This document shows, piece by piece, positions 31,583-42,035 of a stretch of DNA of 64,000 nucleotides. Numbering within the stretch: position 1 is the stretch's first letter; the number at the start of each line of letters is the position of its first letter. The stretch is from an uncultured delta proteobacterium. GTDB taxonomy: Bacteria > Myxococcota_A > UBA9160 > UBA4427. The notes under the pieces are model-generated. The model was not told where the DNA came from. It ran no database searches and saw only the letters and a list, made by a program, of their open reading frames with translations. Location: the NCBI GenBank assembly GCA_963822965.1, contig CAWGJT010000014.1, positions 352,001 through 416,000 on the forward strand. The letters run 5' to 3'. The translations under genes were made by a program, and so were the position numbers.

Positions 31583-34500
31583 TTGTCCGCCCCTTCGGAA
31601 CAGCCGCACGCCACCGACGCCAACGGGCCCCGCCCGCCGGGATTCGTCGCCTTCTTCATCGACCGCCCGATCTTCGCCTCGGTGGTGGCGATCCTGATCA
31701 CGCTGGCGGGCGCCATCTCGATTCCGCTGCTGCCGGTCTCGCAGTTCCCGCCGATCGTGCCCCCCACGGTGCAGGTGTCGGCCACCTACAACGGCGCCAG
31801 CGCGGAGGTGGTCGAGCGCACCCTCGCCCTGCCCATCGAGGACCAGGTCAACGGCGCCGAGGGCATGCTCTACATGTCCTCGACGAGCGCCAACGACGGG
31901 CAGATGAGCCTCACGGTCACCTTCGAGCTGGGGCGCGACGCCGACATCGCCACGGTGAACGTGAACAACCGCGTGTCCGTGGCGGAGCCGCGCCTGCCCG
32001 AGGAGGTGCGCCGCTTCGGCATCACCGTCAACAAGCAGTCTCCCGACCTCACGCTGGTGGCGAACCTGCGCTCGCCCGACGGCTCCCGGGACGCGCTCTT
32101 CCTCTCCAATTACGCCTACATCAACGTACTCGACGCGCTCAAGCGCGTCCCGGGCGTCGGAAGGGTCGGCATCTTCGGCGAGCGTCGCTACGCGATGCGT
32201 ATCTGGCTCGATCCGGAACGCCTGGCGAAGCTCGAGCTGACGGCTTCGGACGTGATCGACGCGGTGCGCGAGCAGAACGTGCAGATCGCCGCCGGTCGGG
32301 CGGGAGCGCCTCCCACGGCAGAGGGTCAGCAGCTCGACATCCCGCTTCGAACCAAGGGACGCCTCGCGAGCGTCGAGGAGTTCGAGCAGATCGTGATCCG
32401 TGCGAAGCCCGGCGGATCGTTGCTGCAACTCCGGGACGTGGCGCGCGTCGAGCTCGGCGCCCAGAGCTACGACGGGTTCACCCGGCTCTCCGGCCAACCG
32501 ACCGTGACCATGGGCATCTTCCAGCTGCCCGAGGCCAACGCGCTGGAGGTGGCGGCCGCTGTGAAGGCCGAGCTGACGCGCCTCTCCGAGAGCTTTCCCT
32601 CGGGCGTGGAGTGGGTGATCCGGTACGACCCGACCCGCTTCGTCGCCGAGTCGATCTCCGAGGTGCTCCGCACGCTCTTCGAAGCGATGGTGCTGGTGTT
32701 CCTGGTCGTCTACGTGTTCCTGCAGGACTGGCGGACGACCCTGATTCCCGCCGTCACGATCCCGGTCTCGCTCATCGGCACCTTCGCCGTGCTGAACGCC
32801 ATCGGGCTCTCGATCAACACCATCACGCTGTTCGCTCTCGTGCTCGCCATCGGGCTCGTCGTGGACGACGCCATCGTGGTGGTGGAGAACGTGGCGCGCT
32901 TGATCGGAGAGGGGCTTCCGCGTCGGGAGGCGGTGCGCCGCTCGATGGGCGAGGTCACCAGCGCCATCGTAGCCTCGACCCTGGTGCTCGGCGCCGTGTT
33001 CGTGCCCGTGGCGTTCCTGCCGGGGACCACGGGACTGCTGCTTCGACAGTTCGGTCTGGCCGTCACCTCGTCGGTGCTGATCTCGCTCGGCAACGCCCTC
33101 ACCCTGTCCCCCGCCCTCTGCGCCCTGGTGATGCGCGGAGAGAGCGAGCGGAAGAGCGCCTTCTTCCGGGGCTTCGACCGTTCCTTCGCGGCCGTGGTGG
33201 CCCGCTACGACCGCGGCGTGCGCGTCCTGCTGGCGCGTCGCGGTCTGGTGCTCGCGGTCTTCGGCGCGCTGGGTATCGCGACCGCGCTGCTCTTCTGGAC
33301 CGTACCGAGCGGCTTCCTGCCCGACGAGGACCAGGGCTACTTCATCACCAGCTTCCAGCTGCCCGACGGGGCGTCGTTGCAGCGGACGGACGAGGTGGCG
33401 AGCCAGGTGGAGAAGATCCTGCTCGGGACGCCTGGCATCGTGGGGACGAACCTGTTCGGTGGCTTCGACGTGCTCACCGGCACCTTTCCGCCCAACGTGG
33501 GCACGGTGTTCGTGAGCCTCGCGCCGTGGGGCGAGCGCGAGGAGAAGGGCCAGACGCTCGAATCCATCTTCGCGGCCGTGGGGCCGCAGCTCGGCTCGAT
33601 CCAGGGCGCGCGGGTCTTCGCCCTGAACCCCGCCCCCATCCGCGGTCTGTCGCGCACCGGGGGCTTCGAGTTCGAGCTCCAGGACCGGGCGGGCGGCTCC
33701 CTGGATGCGCTGGCCGAGATGGCGCAGCGCATCGTGGACCTGGGCAACGATTCGCCGGAGCTGCAGCGCCTGTTCACCAGCTTTCGGCCCGACGCGCCCC
33801 AGGTCTTCCTGGACCTGGACCGCACCAAGGCGAAGACCCTGGGCGTGCGGGTGGACGACGTCTTCGACACCCTCCAGACCTTCATGGGCGGTCTCTACGT
33901 CAACGACTTCGACCGCTTCGGCCGCCTGTTCCGGGTCTATGCCCAGGCCGAGGGCGACCTGCGCACGTCGCCCGAGGACGTGCGCCGACTCTGGGTACGC
34001 TCGCAGACCGGCGAGATGGTTCCGCTCTCCACCCTGATGTCGCTGCGGCGTGTCACCGGACCACGCGACATCCCCCACTACAACGTCTATCGCGCCGCCA
34101 AGATCCAGGGGTCGGCCGCGCCCGGCTACAGCTCGGGCGAGGCGCTCGACCGCATGGAAGAGATCGCCCGCGAGACGCTGCCGCCTACCATGTCCTTCGA
34201 ATGGACCGGCACCGCATACCAGGAACGCCAAGCCGGCAGCGAGGCCCGGATCATCCTGGCGCTGTCGCTGCTGGTGGTCTTCCTCTTCCTGGCGGCGCAG
34301 TACGAGAGCTGGAGCATGCCCCTGGCGATCATGCTCGTGGTTCCCCTGGCCTTCCTGGGGGCGCTCTCCGCGCAGGCGCTGCGGGGGCTCGCGAACGACG
34401 TGTACTGCCAGATCGGCCTGGTCACCCTGATCGGTCTCGCCAGCAAGAACTCCATCCTGATCGTCGAGTTCGCCAAGCGTCGGCGGGGCGAGGGAGCGAG

Positions 34501-34777
34501 CCTGGCCGACGCGGCGCGCGAGGCGGCCGAGACCCGCTTCCGGCCGGTGCTGATGACGGCCTTGTCCTTCATCCTGGGGGTGCTGCCGCTCGTGGTCGCG
34601 AGCGGGGCGGGCGCGGCGGCGCGGCGCTCGCTGGGCACCGCGGTGTTCGGCGGCATGCTGGTCGCGACGCTGCTCAGCCTGGTGCTCGTACCGGCGCTCT
34701 ACGTGGTCGTACAGGGAGGTGCGGAGTGGTTGGGAAGGCGGCTGCGAGGTGTTCGCGCCGAAGGGGGCACCGCGTGA
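31583..34777 (+). CDS. RND efflux permease, HAE1 (AcrB-like)
   Basis: FFIDRPIFA, LPVSQFPPI, YAMRIWLDP, IGLVVDDAIVVVENV, FLPDEDQG, LAAQYESW, IGLASKNSILIVEFA, RFRPVLMT; TTG start inferred. Confidence 0.95.
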   Translation: MSAPSEQPHATDANGPRPPGFVAFFIDRPIFASVVAILITLAGAISIPLLPVSQFPPIVPPTVQVSATYNGASAEVVERTLALPIEDQVNGAEGMLYMSSTSANDGQMSLTVTFELGRDADIATVNVNNRVSVAEPRLPEEVRRFGITVNKQSPDLTLVANLRSPDGSRDALFLSNYAYINVLDALKRVPGVGRVGIFGERRYAMRIWLDPERLAKLELTASDVIDAVREQNVQIAAGRAGAPPTAEGQQLDIPLRTKGRLASVEEFEQIVIRAKPGGSLLQLRDVARVELGAQSYDGFTRLSGQPTVTMGIFQLPEANALEVAAAVKAELTRLSESFPSGVEWVIRYDPTRFVAESISEVLRTLFEAMVLVFLVVYVFLQDWRTTLIPAVTIPVSLIGTFAVLNAIGLSINTITLFALVLAIGLVVDDAIVVVENVARLIGEGLPRREAVRRSMGEVTSAIVASTLVLGAVFVPVAFLPGTTGLLLRQFGLAVTSSVLISLGNALTLSPALCALVMRGESERKSAFFRGFDRSFAAVVARYDRGVRVLLARRGLVLAVFGALGIATALLFWTVPSGFLPDEDQGYFITSFQLPDGASLQRTDEVASQVEKILLGTPGIVGTNLFGGFDVLTGTFPPNVGTVFVSLAPWGEREEKGQTLESIFAAVGPQLGSIQGARVFALNPAPIRGLSRTGGFEFELQDRAGGSLDALAEMAQRIVDLGNDSPELQRLFTSFRPDAPQVFLDLDRTKAKTLGVRVDDVFDTLQTFMGGLYVNDFDRFGRLFRVYAQAEGDLRTSPEDVRRLWVRSQTGEMVPLSTLMSLRRVTGPRDIPHYNVYRAAKIQGSAAPGYSSGEALDRMEEIARETLPPTMSFEWTGTAYQERQAGSEARIILALSLLVVFLFLAAQYESWSMPLAIMLVVPLAFLGALSAQALRGLANDVYCQIGLVTLIGLASKNSILIVEFAKRRRGEGASLADAAREAAETRFRPVLMTALSFILGVLPLVVASGAGAAARRSLGTAVFGGMLVATLLSLVLVPALYVVVQGGAEWLGRRLRGVRAEGGTA

Positions 34778-35903
34778 CCCGCGTTGGACGAGCGAGCGTG
34801 GCCGCGTGGGCGTTGTCGTGCGCGGTGCTCTCGAGCGCCTGCGGGCGCGGTGAGGGGCCGGCCGAGCCCCGGCACCGGAGGTGGGGGTCGCGACCGCACG
34901 AGAGGGAACGATCCCGGACCGGCGCGAGTACGTCGGCACGGTCCGCGCCATGCGGAGCGTGGACGTGCGGGCGCGGGTACGGGGCTACCTGCTCGAGCAG
35001 AGCTACGTGGACGGGCAGCGGGTCGCCGAGGGCGACCTGCTGTTCCGGATCGACCCCAGCACCTACGAGGTGAAGCTCGCCGAGACGAAGGGAGAGCTGG
35101 CCCGGGCTCGAGCCGCCGCCGCCCAGGCCAAGGCCGACTTCGCCCGCGCGTCCGAGCTCTTCGAGGGGCGCGTCATGAGCCAGGCCGAGCTGGACGCCCG
35201 GCGCGCCGAGCGCGACGCCACCGTGGCCGAGGTGGAGAGCGCCCGAGCCGCGGTGCGGGCCGCCGAGCTCGACCTCTCCTACTGCGCGGTGCGCGCGCCG
35301 CTCTCGGGCCGGATCGGCCGTCGTCTGGTGGATCCCGGCAACCTGGTGGGCGAGTCCGGTCAGGACACGGTGCTGGCCCGCATCGTCCAGGTCCACCCGA
35401 TCCACGTGGACTTTACCGTTCCGGAGCAGGACCGGAGACAGGCGATCCACGCGGGCCCGACGGAGGGATCGAGCGAATCCGACGGCGCCGCCATCCCGGT
35501 GGCCCTCGTCCTGGGCGACGGGACGCCCTATCCGAGCACGGGCGTCGTCGACTACGTGGATCCGGTGGTCGACCCCATGCGGGGCACCGTCGCGGTGCGC
35601 GCGAAGTTCGACAATCCGGACGAGATCCTGAAGCCCGGTGAGTTCGTGCGGGTGACGGCGATCCTCCCGCCCCGAACCGGTGCCATCCTCGTGCCCGAAC
35701 GCGCGGTGCTCGACGAGCAGGGCGGAAGCTACGTGCTGGTGGTGAAGGACGACGACACGGTCGAGTCGCGCCGCGTCGCCCTCGGCGTCGCCCAGGACGG
35801 CATGCAGCAGATCGTCGACGGTCTGGCGGCCGGCGAGCGGGTGATCGCCGACGGCGTCCAGAAGGCTCGGCCCGGCCAGACGGTGTCCCCGAAGCCGCTC
35901 TGA
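34774..35903 (+). CDS. RND membrane-fusion (adaptor) lipoprotein (frameshift near 34865)
   Basis: GTGA overlap; SSAC lipobox; VRARVRGYL, LFRIDP, VRAPLSGRIG, LKPGEFV, GLAAGERVI. Confidence 0.92.
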
Positions 35904-36292
35904 TCTCGTTCCGGTTCCGCCCCGGGGGCGAGCCGCGACCGCCCGGCCCGGCCTGCCCGATTTCGGGCTTCCGCACGTTCGAAGTTGCCGGCGGAAGATC
36001 ACGGCTTCCTGTCCTCCTTTGCGAGCGATTCGAGCCGGATCGCCGCGCTGTTGCCGCCGGCCTGCGCGGGACCGAAGAGGCGCCGGCGGCGGCGCCTGCA
36101 CGGTGGGCACGGGTCGGAAGTCGCACCTTCGATGCGTGTGCGAGAAGGCCGCTTCGCGCGCACTCAGGTTCCCGCCCGGGCACACCGACAAAGCACCCGT
36201 GGTCGCATGATGGACGCACGTTGCCTGCTCCCGTTGTGACGACCCCCACATCCACGCTTCTGTGGTCGGCCGAACGGGATCGGTGAAGAGAA

Positions 36293-36955
36293 ATGGAAAA
36301 AGGCGGGAGCCCCCCACCCGTGAGAGATATTCGCGTCGAAACAGGTCCGTCCCACCGCGCGCCGGCAGCGCAGGCGAATCGCCTCCGCAACCGGCTGCGC
36401 CATCGTCGCGTCCTCTCGCTCCGCCGCCGCGCGGTTCCGATCGCGCTGCTCGCCCTGCTCTGCTGTGTCCCCTCGTCGGCGGGGCTCGCGGCGGGAGACG
36501 GCTCCAAGGAGCAGATGCAGAGCCTGGACGAGCAGGTCCAGGAGATCAAGTCGGACGTCCTCAGCATCGCTGCGGAGCTGACGCGTCTCGAGGAGAAGCT
36601 CCTCTACCCGTCCGACACCCAGGTTGCCGTCTTCGTCTCCCTCGCGGAAGGTGAGACCTTCCAGCTCGACTCGGTACAGATCCAGATCGACGGCGAATTC
36701 GTCGCGCGGCACATCTACAGCTTCAAGGAGCTGGAGGCGCTGCAGAAGGGGGGCGTGCAGCGGATCTATACCGGCAACATTCCCACCGGTGAACATCGGC
36801 TCGAAGTCTCCGTGGCCGGCAAGGTTCCGGGCGGTCGGGACCTCGACGGAAGCGAGACCTTCACCTTCAGCAAGGACGTCGAGCCGAAGCTCGTCGGGTT
36901 GACGCTCGCCGGGCAGGACTTTGGCGGCATCAGCATTCGGCTCGGAAGCTGGTAG
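36293..36955 (+). CDS. Exported protein (coiled coil plus beta domain), first gene of the Agl-Glt-like operon; start may be the GTG at 36320
   Basis: Basic-hydrophobic leader, coiled coil LDEQVQEIKSDVL...LEEKLL, then beta-rich LEALQKGGVQRIYTGN; 3 bp before the next gene. Confidence 0.75.
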   Translation: MEKGGSPPPVRDIRVETGPSHRAPAAQANRLRNRLRHRRVLSLRRRAVPIALLALLCCVPSSAGLAAGDGSKEQMQSLDEQVQEIKSDVLSIAAELTRLEEKLLYPSDTQVAVFVSLAEGETFQLDSVQIQIDGEFVARHIYSFKELEALQKGGVQRIYTGNIPTGEHRLEVSVAGKVPGGRDLDGSETFTFSKDVEPKLVGLTLAGQDFGGISIRLGSW

Positions 36956-36958
36956 CTC

Positions 36959-38830
36959 ATGTGCTCGGTACGGATCGGAATCATCGCGATCGTTCTGGCG
37001 GCTCTTCTGCCGGCCGGCTCGGCCTTCGGCGGCCAGCTGAAGGACCCCTATTTCGGAGAGGCGCTCTACTACGCCTACCAGGGGGACTACTTCGGAGCGC
37101 TGGAACGCCTGGACGCCGAGATCGCCCAGCACTATGCCGTCGACGAGCCGCAGCTCGATTCGCTGCAGCTCTACATCGGTCAGGCGGAGTTCTCTGTCGG
37201 CGACTTCGAGCTTCGCTACCGGATGCACCAGCGCGCGGGGCGTGCCATCAAGGCCGTGCTCGAGGGAGACGTCGACGACGCGGTCCGAAACGACGCGGCC
37301 TTTCGGCTGGCGCGCATCCACTTCCAGAAGGACCAGCCCGAGGACGCGCTCCGCGCCCTGGACCGGATCCACGGTCGTGTCCCCGAGAAGATCCGGGACG
37401 ACGTCGAGTTCCTCCGCGCGAACGTCGACCTGGCGCTGGGCCGACCCTCCGAGGCCGTCGACGTGCTGCGGCGGCTGCAGGGCTCGGACCAGCTGAACGG
37501 CTTCGCGGCGTACAACCTCGGCATCGCGCTGCTGCAGGACGGCCGCCAGCCGGAAGCCATCGCGCAGCTGGACCGGGCGGGTCGGGTCTCCGGCAGCGAT
37601 CAGGCCACGCTCGCGATCCGAGACAAGTCGAACCTGGTCCTGGGCACGCTCTTGTTCGAATCGTCGCAGTTCGAGCCGGCCCAACGATCGTTGGACCGGG
37701 TTCGCCTGGCGGGGCCGTTCTCGAACGAGGCGTTGCTCCGCGCCGGGTGGGCGGATCTCTCCGCCGAGAAGTTCGATCGCGCGCTGGTTCCCTGGAAGAT
37801 CCTCGCGCAGCGGGACACCACCGACGCCGCCGTCCAGGAGGCCCTGCTGGCGCTGCCCTACGCGTACAGCAAGCTCGACGTCAACGGTCGCGCAGCTCTC
37901 CTCTACGGACAAGCGGTGGACACCTACGGCCGCGAGCTCGACAAGGTGGACGCCTCCATCCGGAGCATCCGGGAGGGCGAATTCCTCACGGACCTGGTCC
38001 GCGAAGAGATCCGGCACGACGAGGACTGGGTCGTTCGCCTGCGGAGCCTGCCCGACGCGCCGGAGACCTTCTACCTGATCTCCTTGATGGCGTCCCACGA
38101 CTTCCAGACGGCTCTCGAGAACTACCTGGATCTCGAGGACCTGCGGAAGAGACTCGTCTCGTGGGAGACCAGCTTCGACGCCTTCGAAGACATCATCCGC
38201 CTTCGCCGAGAGTACTACGAGCCCCTGTTGCCCGCGATCGACCGGCAGTTCAGGAAGCTCGACGCGCAGGTCCGGTTGCGCCTCGAGCAGCGCGAGCACC
38301 TGGACCAGCGGCTCCAGCACATGCTGATCGCTCCCCGGCCCGAGTACCTGGCGACCGGGGAGGAGCGGTTCCTGCGTTCACGGATCGACCGGCTGCGCGC
38401 CGCACTCCCGGCCGAAGACGACCCCGCGCGCGAGGACCTCCGGCGCCGCATCGATCGACTCGAGGGCGTGCTGACCTGGAACCTGGAGACCGAGTACCAC
38501 CGGCGCCTCACGGATGCCCACGAGCATCTCCGCGAGCTGAACGAAGACGTCGACACGCTGACCGCGCGCTACGAAGCCTTCGTACGAGCGCGGCAAGCGG
38601 CCACGCACAGCTACGTCGGCTACGAGACGTCGATCGTCGGGCTCCGCGCGCGCGTTCACGATGCACTGGAGCGCCTGAACGTCCTCATGGCCCGACAGGG
38701 TCACATGCTGGAGACCGTCGCCATCGCGGAGCTCACGTCGCGCCGCGAACGGCTCGAGGCCTACCAGAGCCAGGCCCGCTTTGCATTCGCAGACAGCTAT
38801 GACCGCGCCGCCAAGGCGCAGGCGCAGTGA
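36959..38830 (+). CDS. Exported TPR protein, GltC-like
   Basis: Sec signal ending SAFG; helical repeats (FRLARIHF, YNLGIALL, ALLRAGWA), C-terminal coiled coils ending ARFAFADSYD. GltC likeness is from size and gene position. Confidence 0.75.
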   Translation: MCSVRIGIIAIVLAALLPAGSAFGGQLKDPYFGEALYYAYQGDYFGALERLDAEIAQHYAVDEPQLDSLQLYIGQAEFSVGDFELRYRMHQRAGRAIKAVLEGDVDDAVRNDAAFRLARIHFQKDQPEDALRALDRIHGRVPEKIRDDVEFLRANVDLALGRPSEAVDVLRRLQGSDQLNGFAAYNLGIALLQDGRQPEAIAQLDRAGRVSGSDQATLAIRDKSNLVLGTLLFESSQFEPAQRSLDRVRLAGPFSNEALLRAGWADLSAEKFDRALVPWKILAQRDTTDAAVQEALLALPYAYSKLDVNGRAALLYGQAVDTYGRELDKVDASIRSIREGEFLTDLVREEIRHDEDWVVRLRSLPDAPETFYLISLMASHDFQTALENYLDLEDLRKRLVSWETSFDAFEDIIRLRREYYEPLLPAIDRQFRKLDAQVRLRLEQREHLDQRLQHMLIAPRPEYLATGEERFLRSRIDRLRAALPAEDDPAREDLRRRIDRLEGVLTWNLETEYHRRLTDAHEHLRELNEDVDTLTARYEAFVRARQAATHSYVGYETSIVGLRARVHDALERLNVLMARQGHMLETVAIAELTSRRERLEAYQSQARFAFADSYDRAAKAQAQ

Positions 38831-38843
38831 GGGCAGGGACCCG

Positions 38844-41800
38844 ATGCGTCGCTTCCGCACAGCCTGGATCCTCGCACCGGCGCTTCTCGTCGCCTGCGCC
38901 GGGAACCCCGACAGGCACACCCTCGCCGAGCTTCGCGATGCGGAGCCGGACATGAGGGAGGTTCAGGTCGAAGACGGTCTCGATCAGGCCATGATCGCCT
39001 ACCGGAAGTTCCTGGAAGAGGCGCCGAAGTCCGCGTTGACTCCGGAAGCCATGCGTCGCCTTGCGGACCTCAAGCTGGAGAAGGACTTCGGCATCCTCGG
39101 AGACAGCGGTCCCGCGGCGCTCCCGGCGCCCCAGGCGACCGCTCGGGTGACGGATTCGACGGCCGGATCCGCGAGCCCTCCCGTTCCCGCGAGCATCTCC
39201 GACGTGGAGTCCGAGCACGACTTCGAACGGCGCGTGGCGCGGGAAGACGCGATCCGACCTTCGTCGGAGCCCGACTCCGATCTCGAGCTTCCCGGCGGCG
39301 ACAAGGTGGAGTGGTCGGGCCCGCTCGAGGCCATCGAGCTCTACGACCAGATCCTCGCCAGCTATCCGAACTACGAGCACAACGACCGGGTCCTCTACCA
39401 GAAGGCCCGCGCCTATGACGAGCTGGGACGGAGCGACGAGGCGATCGCGGTGATCGACCGCTTGGTCGCGGAGTATCCGTACTCCCGGTACATCGACGAG
39501 GTGCAGTTCCGGCGGGCGGAGTACTTCTTCACGAGACGGAAGTACATCGACGCCGAGGAGTCCTACGCGGCCGTGACCGCCATGGGCGTCGGCTCGCAGT
39601 ACTACGAGCTCGCTCTCTACAAGCTGGGCTGGACCCTCTACAAGCAGGAGCTGCACGAGGAAGCCCTGCAGCAGTACATGGCGTTGCTCGACTACAAGGT
39701 GTCCATCGGATACGACTTCGACCAGTCGCAGGACGAGGCCGACGAGCGCCGGATCGCCGACACCTATCGGGTGATCAGTCTCAGCTTCTCCAACCTCGGC
39801 GGTCCCGAGGCCGTGGAGGAGTACTTCGCCCGGGACGGGCACCGAACCTACGAAGACCGCATCTACAGCCATCTGGGCGAGTTCTACCTCGAGAAGCTCC
39901 GCTACAACGACGCGGCCGCCGTCTACAAGACCTTCGTCGGCCTCTACCCCCTGCATCGGTCCTCGCCGAAGTTCAGCATGCGGGTCGTCGAGATCTACGA
40001 GGCCGGCGGGTTTCCGAAGCTCGTGCTGGAGACGAAGAAGGAGTTCGCGGCCAGCTACGGGCTGCAGTCCGAGTACTGGCGCCACTTCGACGTCGACGAG
40101 TTCCCGGAGGTGCTCAGCTATCTCAAGAGCAACCTGAAGGATCTGGCGAACCACTACCACGCCCTCTACCAGAACGAGGAGCTCGCGGACGACAAGCCCG
40201 CGAACTTCCAAGAGGCCCTGCACTGGTACCGCGCCTATCTCAGCTCCTTCCCCGAGGACGTCACGGCGCCGGGCATCAACCACCAGCTCGCCGACCTGCT
40301 CCTCGAGCACGAGGACTTCGGCGCTTCGGCTCGCGAGTACGAGCGAACCGCCTACGAGTATCCCGCGTACGAGAAGGCCGCCGCCGCCGGGTATGCGGCG
40401 ATCTACGCGCATCGAGAGCAGGAGAAGGTCGCCACCGGAGAAGAGCAGTCGACCGTGAAGCGCGAGGCCGTGGCCAGCACCCTCCGCTTCGTCGACACCT
40501 TTCCGCAGCACGAACACGCCGCCGCGGTGCTGGGAGCCGCCGTCGACGACCTCTACGTCATGAAGGAGTTCGACCGTGCGATCGCCACGGGCCGAAGGCT
40601 GATCGCCGACTATCCCGAGGCGGATCTGCCCATCCGGCGTTCCGCCTGGACCGTCATCGCCCATTCCTCCTTCGACACCGCCAACTACGAGCAGGCCGAG
40701 CCCGCCTACCAGCGCGTCCTCGAGCTGACGCCTGCGGAAGACGACTCGTACCAGGGCGTCGTGGACAACCTGGCCGCCTCGATCTACAAGCAGGGCGAGC
40801 AGGCCAACCTCGCCGGGGACTACCGGGCCGCGGCGGACCACTTCCTGCGGATCGCCCAGGCGGCGCCCACCTCCGCCATCCGGCCCGCCGCCGAGTACGA
40901 CGCCGGCGCCGCCCTCATCCGCCTGGAGGACTGGACTGCCGCCGCGGCGGTGCTGGAGTCCTTCCGGAACGCGTACCCGGACCACGAGCTCCACCGCGAA
41001 GCCACGAAGCAGATGGCCTTCGTCTATCGGCAGGAGGGCAACCAGAGCCGCGCTGCCGAGGAGTACGAGCGCGTCTCCGCCGAAGCGGACGAGCCCGAGG
41101 CGCGGCGCGAGGCCCTGCTCCTGGCCGGAGAGCTCTACGAAGAGGCCAAGGCTCCGGATCGCGCGTTGGCCGTGTACCTCCGGTACGTCGGCCAGTTCGC
41201 GAAGCCCCTCGAGACGGCCGTGGAGACGCGCTTCAAGGTTGCGCACCTCTACGAGGCCGCGGGGGACGCCGAGCACTACCACGAGCAGCTGCGGAAGATC
41301 GTGAAGATCGACGAATCCGCGGGCGGCGAACGCACGGAACGCATCCGGTACCTGGCAGCGAAGTCGGCCCTGGTCCTTTCGGAGCGCCTCTACCAGGACT
41401 TCCACGACGTCGCGCTGGTCCAGCCGTTCGACAAGAACCTGCTGAAGAAGCAGCGGCGCATGGACGCCGCACTCAAGGCCTTCGGGAACCTGCTGGACTA
41501 CGAGGTGGGCGAGGTGACCGCCGCGTCCACCTTCTACATGGCGGAGGTCTACTTCGACTTCTCCAAGGCCCTGCTCGAGTCCGAGCGGCCGGCCGACCTG
41601 GACAAGGGCGAGATGCAGGACTACGAGCTGGCCCTCGAGGAGGAGGCGTTCCCCTTCGAGGAGCGGGCGATCAAGGTGCACGAGAAGAACCTGGAGCTGA
41701 TGTCAGCGGGGGTCTACAACGCGTGGATCGAGAAGAGCCTCGCCAAGCTCGCCGTCCTGATGCCCGGGCGCTACGCGAAGTTCGAAGAGAGCAGCGGCCT

Positions 41801-42032
41801 GATCGCCTCGGTCGACACCTATGCATACCGGGCACCGAATGCCCACGAAGCCCACGCGGGCGAGGCCGTGCCGGGCGAGGCCGCACCGGACGAGGCCGCA
41901 CCGGACGAGGCCGCACCGGACGAGGCGACCGGATCCGAGGAGCCGGCGGCCCCGTCCGAGCCGGCCGCCGATCCCGGAGCCGAGCCGACGCAGGACGACG
42001 ATGCCGCGGAAGCGGCCGTGGCGGCGGGGTGA
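38844..42032 (+). CDS. Large TPR lipoprotein, GltD/AgmU-like
   Basis: LVAC lipobox; many TPRs (VLYQKARAYD, VQFRRAEYFF, ALYKLGWTLY); C-terminal YELALEEEAFPFEERAIKVHEKN...WIEKS...PGRY resembles the GltD-type C-terminus. Confidence 0.8.
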   Translation: MRRFRTAWILAPALLVACAGNPDRHTLAELRDAEPDMREVQVEDGLDQAMIAYRKFLEEAPKSALTPEAMRRLADLKLEKDFGILGDSGPAALPAPQATARVTDSTAGSASPPVPASISDVESEHDFERRVAREDAIRPSSEPDSDLELPGGDKVEWSGPLEAIELYDQILASYPNYEHNDRVLYQKARAYDELGRSDEAIAVIDRLVAEYPYSRYIDEVQFRRAEYFFTRRKYIDAEESYAAVTAMGVGSQYYELALYKLGWTLYKQELHEEALQQYMALLDYKVSIGYDFDQSQDEADERRIADTYRVISLSFSNLGGPEAVEEYFARDGHRTYEDRIYSHLGEFYLEKLRYNDAAAVYKTFVGLYPLHRSSPKFSMRVVEIYEAGGFPKLVLETKKEFAASYGLQSEYWRHFDVDEFPEVLSYLKSNLKDLANHYHALYQNEELADDKPANFQEALHWYRAYLSSFPEDVTAPGINHQLADLLLEHEDFGASAREYERTAYEYPAYEKAAAAGYAAIYAHREQEKVATGEEQSTVKREAVASTLRFVDTFPQHEHAAAVLGAAVDDLYVMKEFDRAIATGRRLIADYPEADLPIRRSAWTVIAHSSFDTANYEQAEPAYQRVLELTPAEDDSYQGVVDNLAASIYKQGEQANLAGDYRAAADHFLRIAQAAPTSAIRPAAEYDAGAALIRLEDWTAAAAVLESFRNAYPDHELHREATKQMAFVYRQEGNQSRAAEEYERVSAEADEPEARREALLLAGELYEEAKAPDRALAVYLRYVGQFAKPLETAVETRFKVAHLYEAAGDAEHYHEQLRKIVKIDESAGGERTERIRYLAAKSALVLSERLYQDFHDVALVQPFDKNLLKKQRRMDAALKAFGNLLDYEVGEVTAASTFYMAEVYFDFSKALLESERPADLDKGEMQDYELALEEEAFPFEERAIKVHEKNLELMSAGVYNAWIEKSLAKLAVLMPGRYAKFEESSGLIASVDTYAYRAPNAHEAHAGEAVPGEAAPDEAAPDEAAPDEATGSEEPAAPSEPAADPGAEPTQDDDAAEAAVAAG
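41861..41933 (+). repeat. 15-bp coding tandem repeat (cgaggccgcaccgga), about 4.8 copies
   Basis: Three exact units at 41876, 41891 and 41906 flanked by degenerate ones; encodes EAAPD repeats. Confidence 0.9.
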
Positions 42033-42035
42033 GCG

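Noticed and set aside
36211..36224. Sigma-54-like TGGACGCACGTTGC upstream of the motor operon
   Set aside because: GG-to-GC spacing is 9 nt rather than the required 10, and the -24 box is imperfect.
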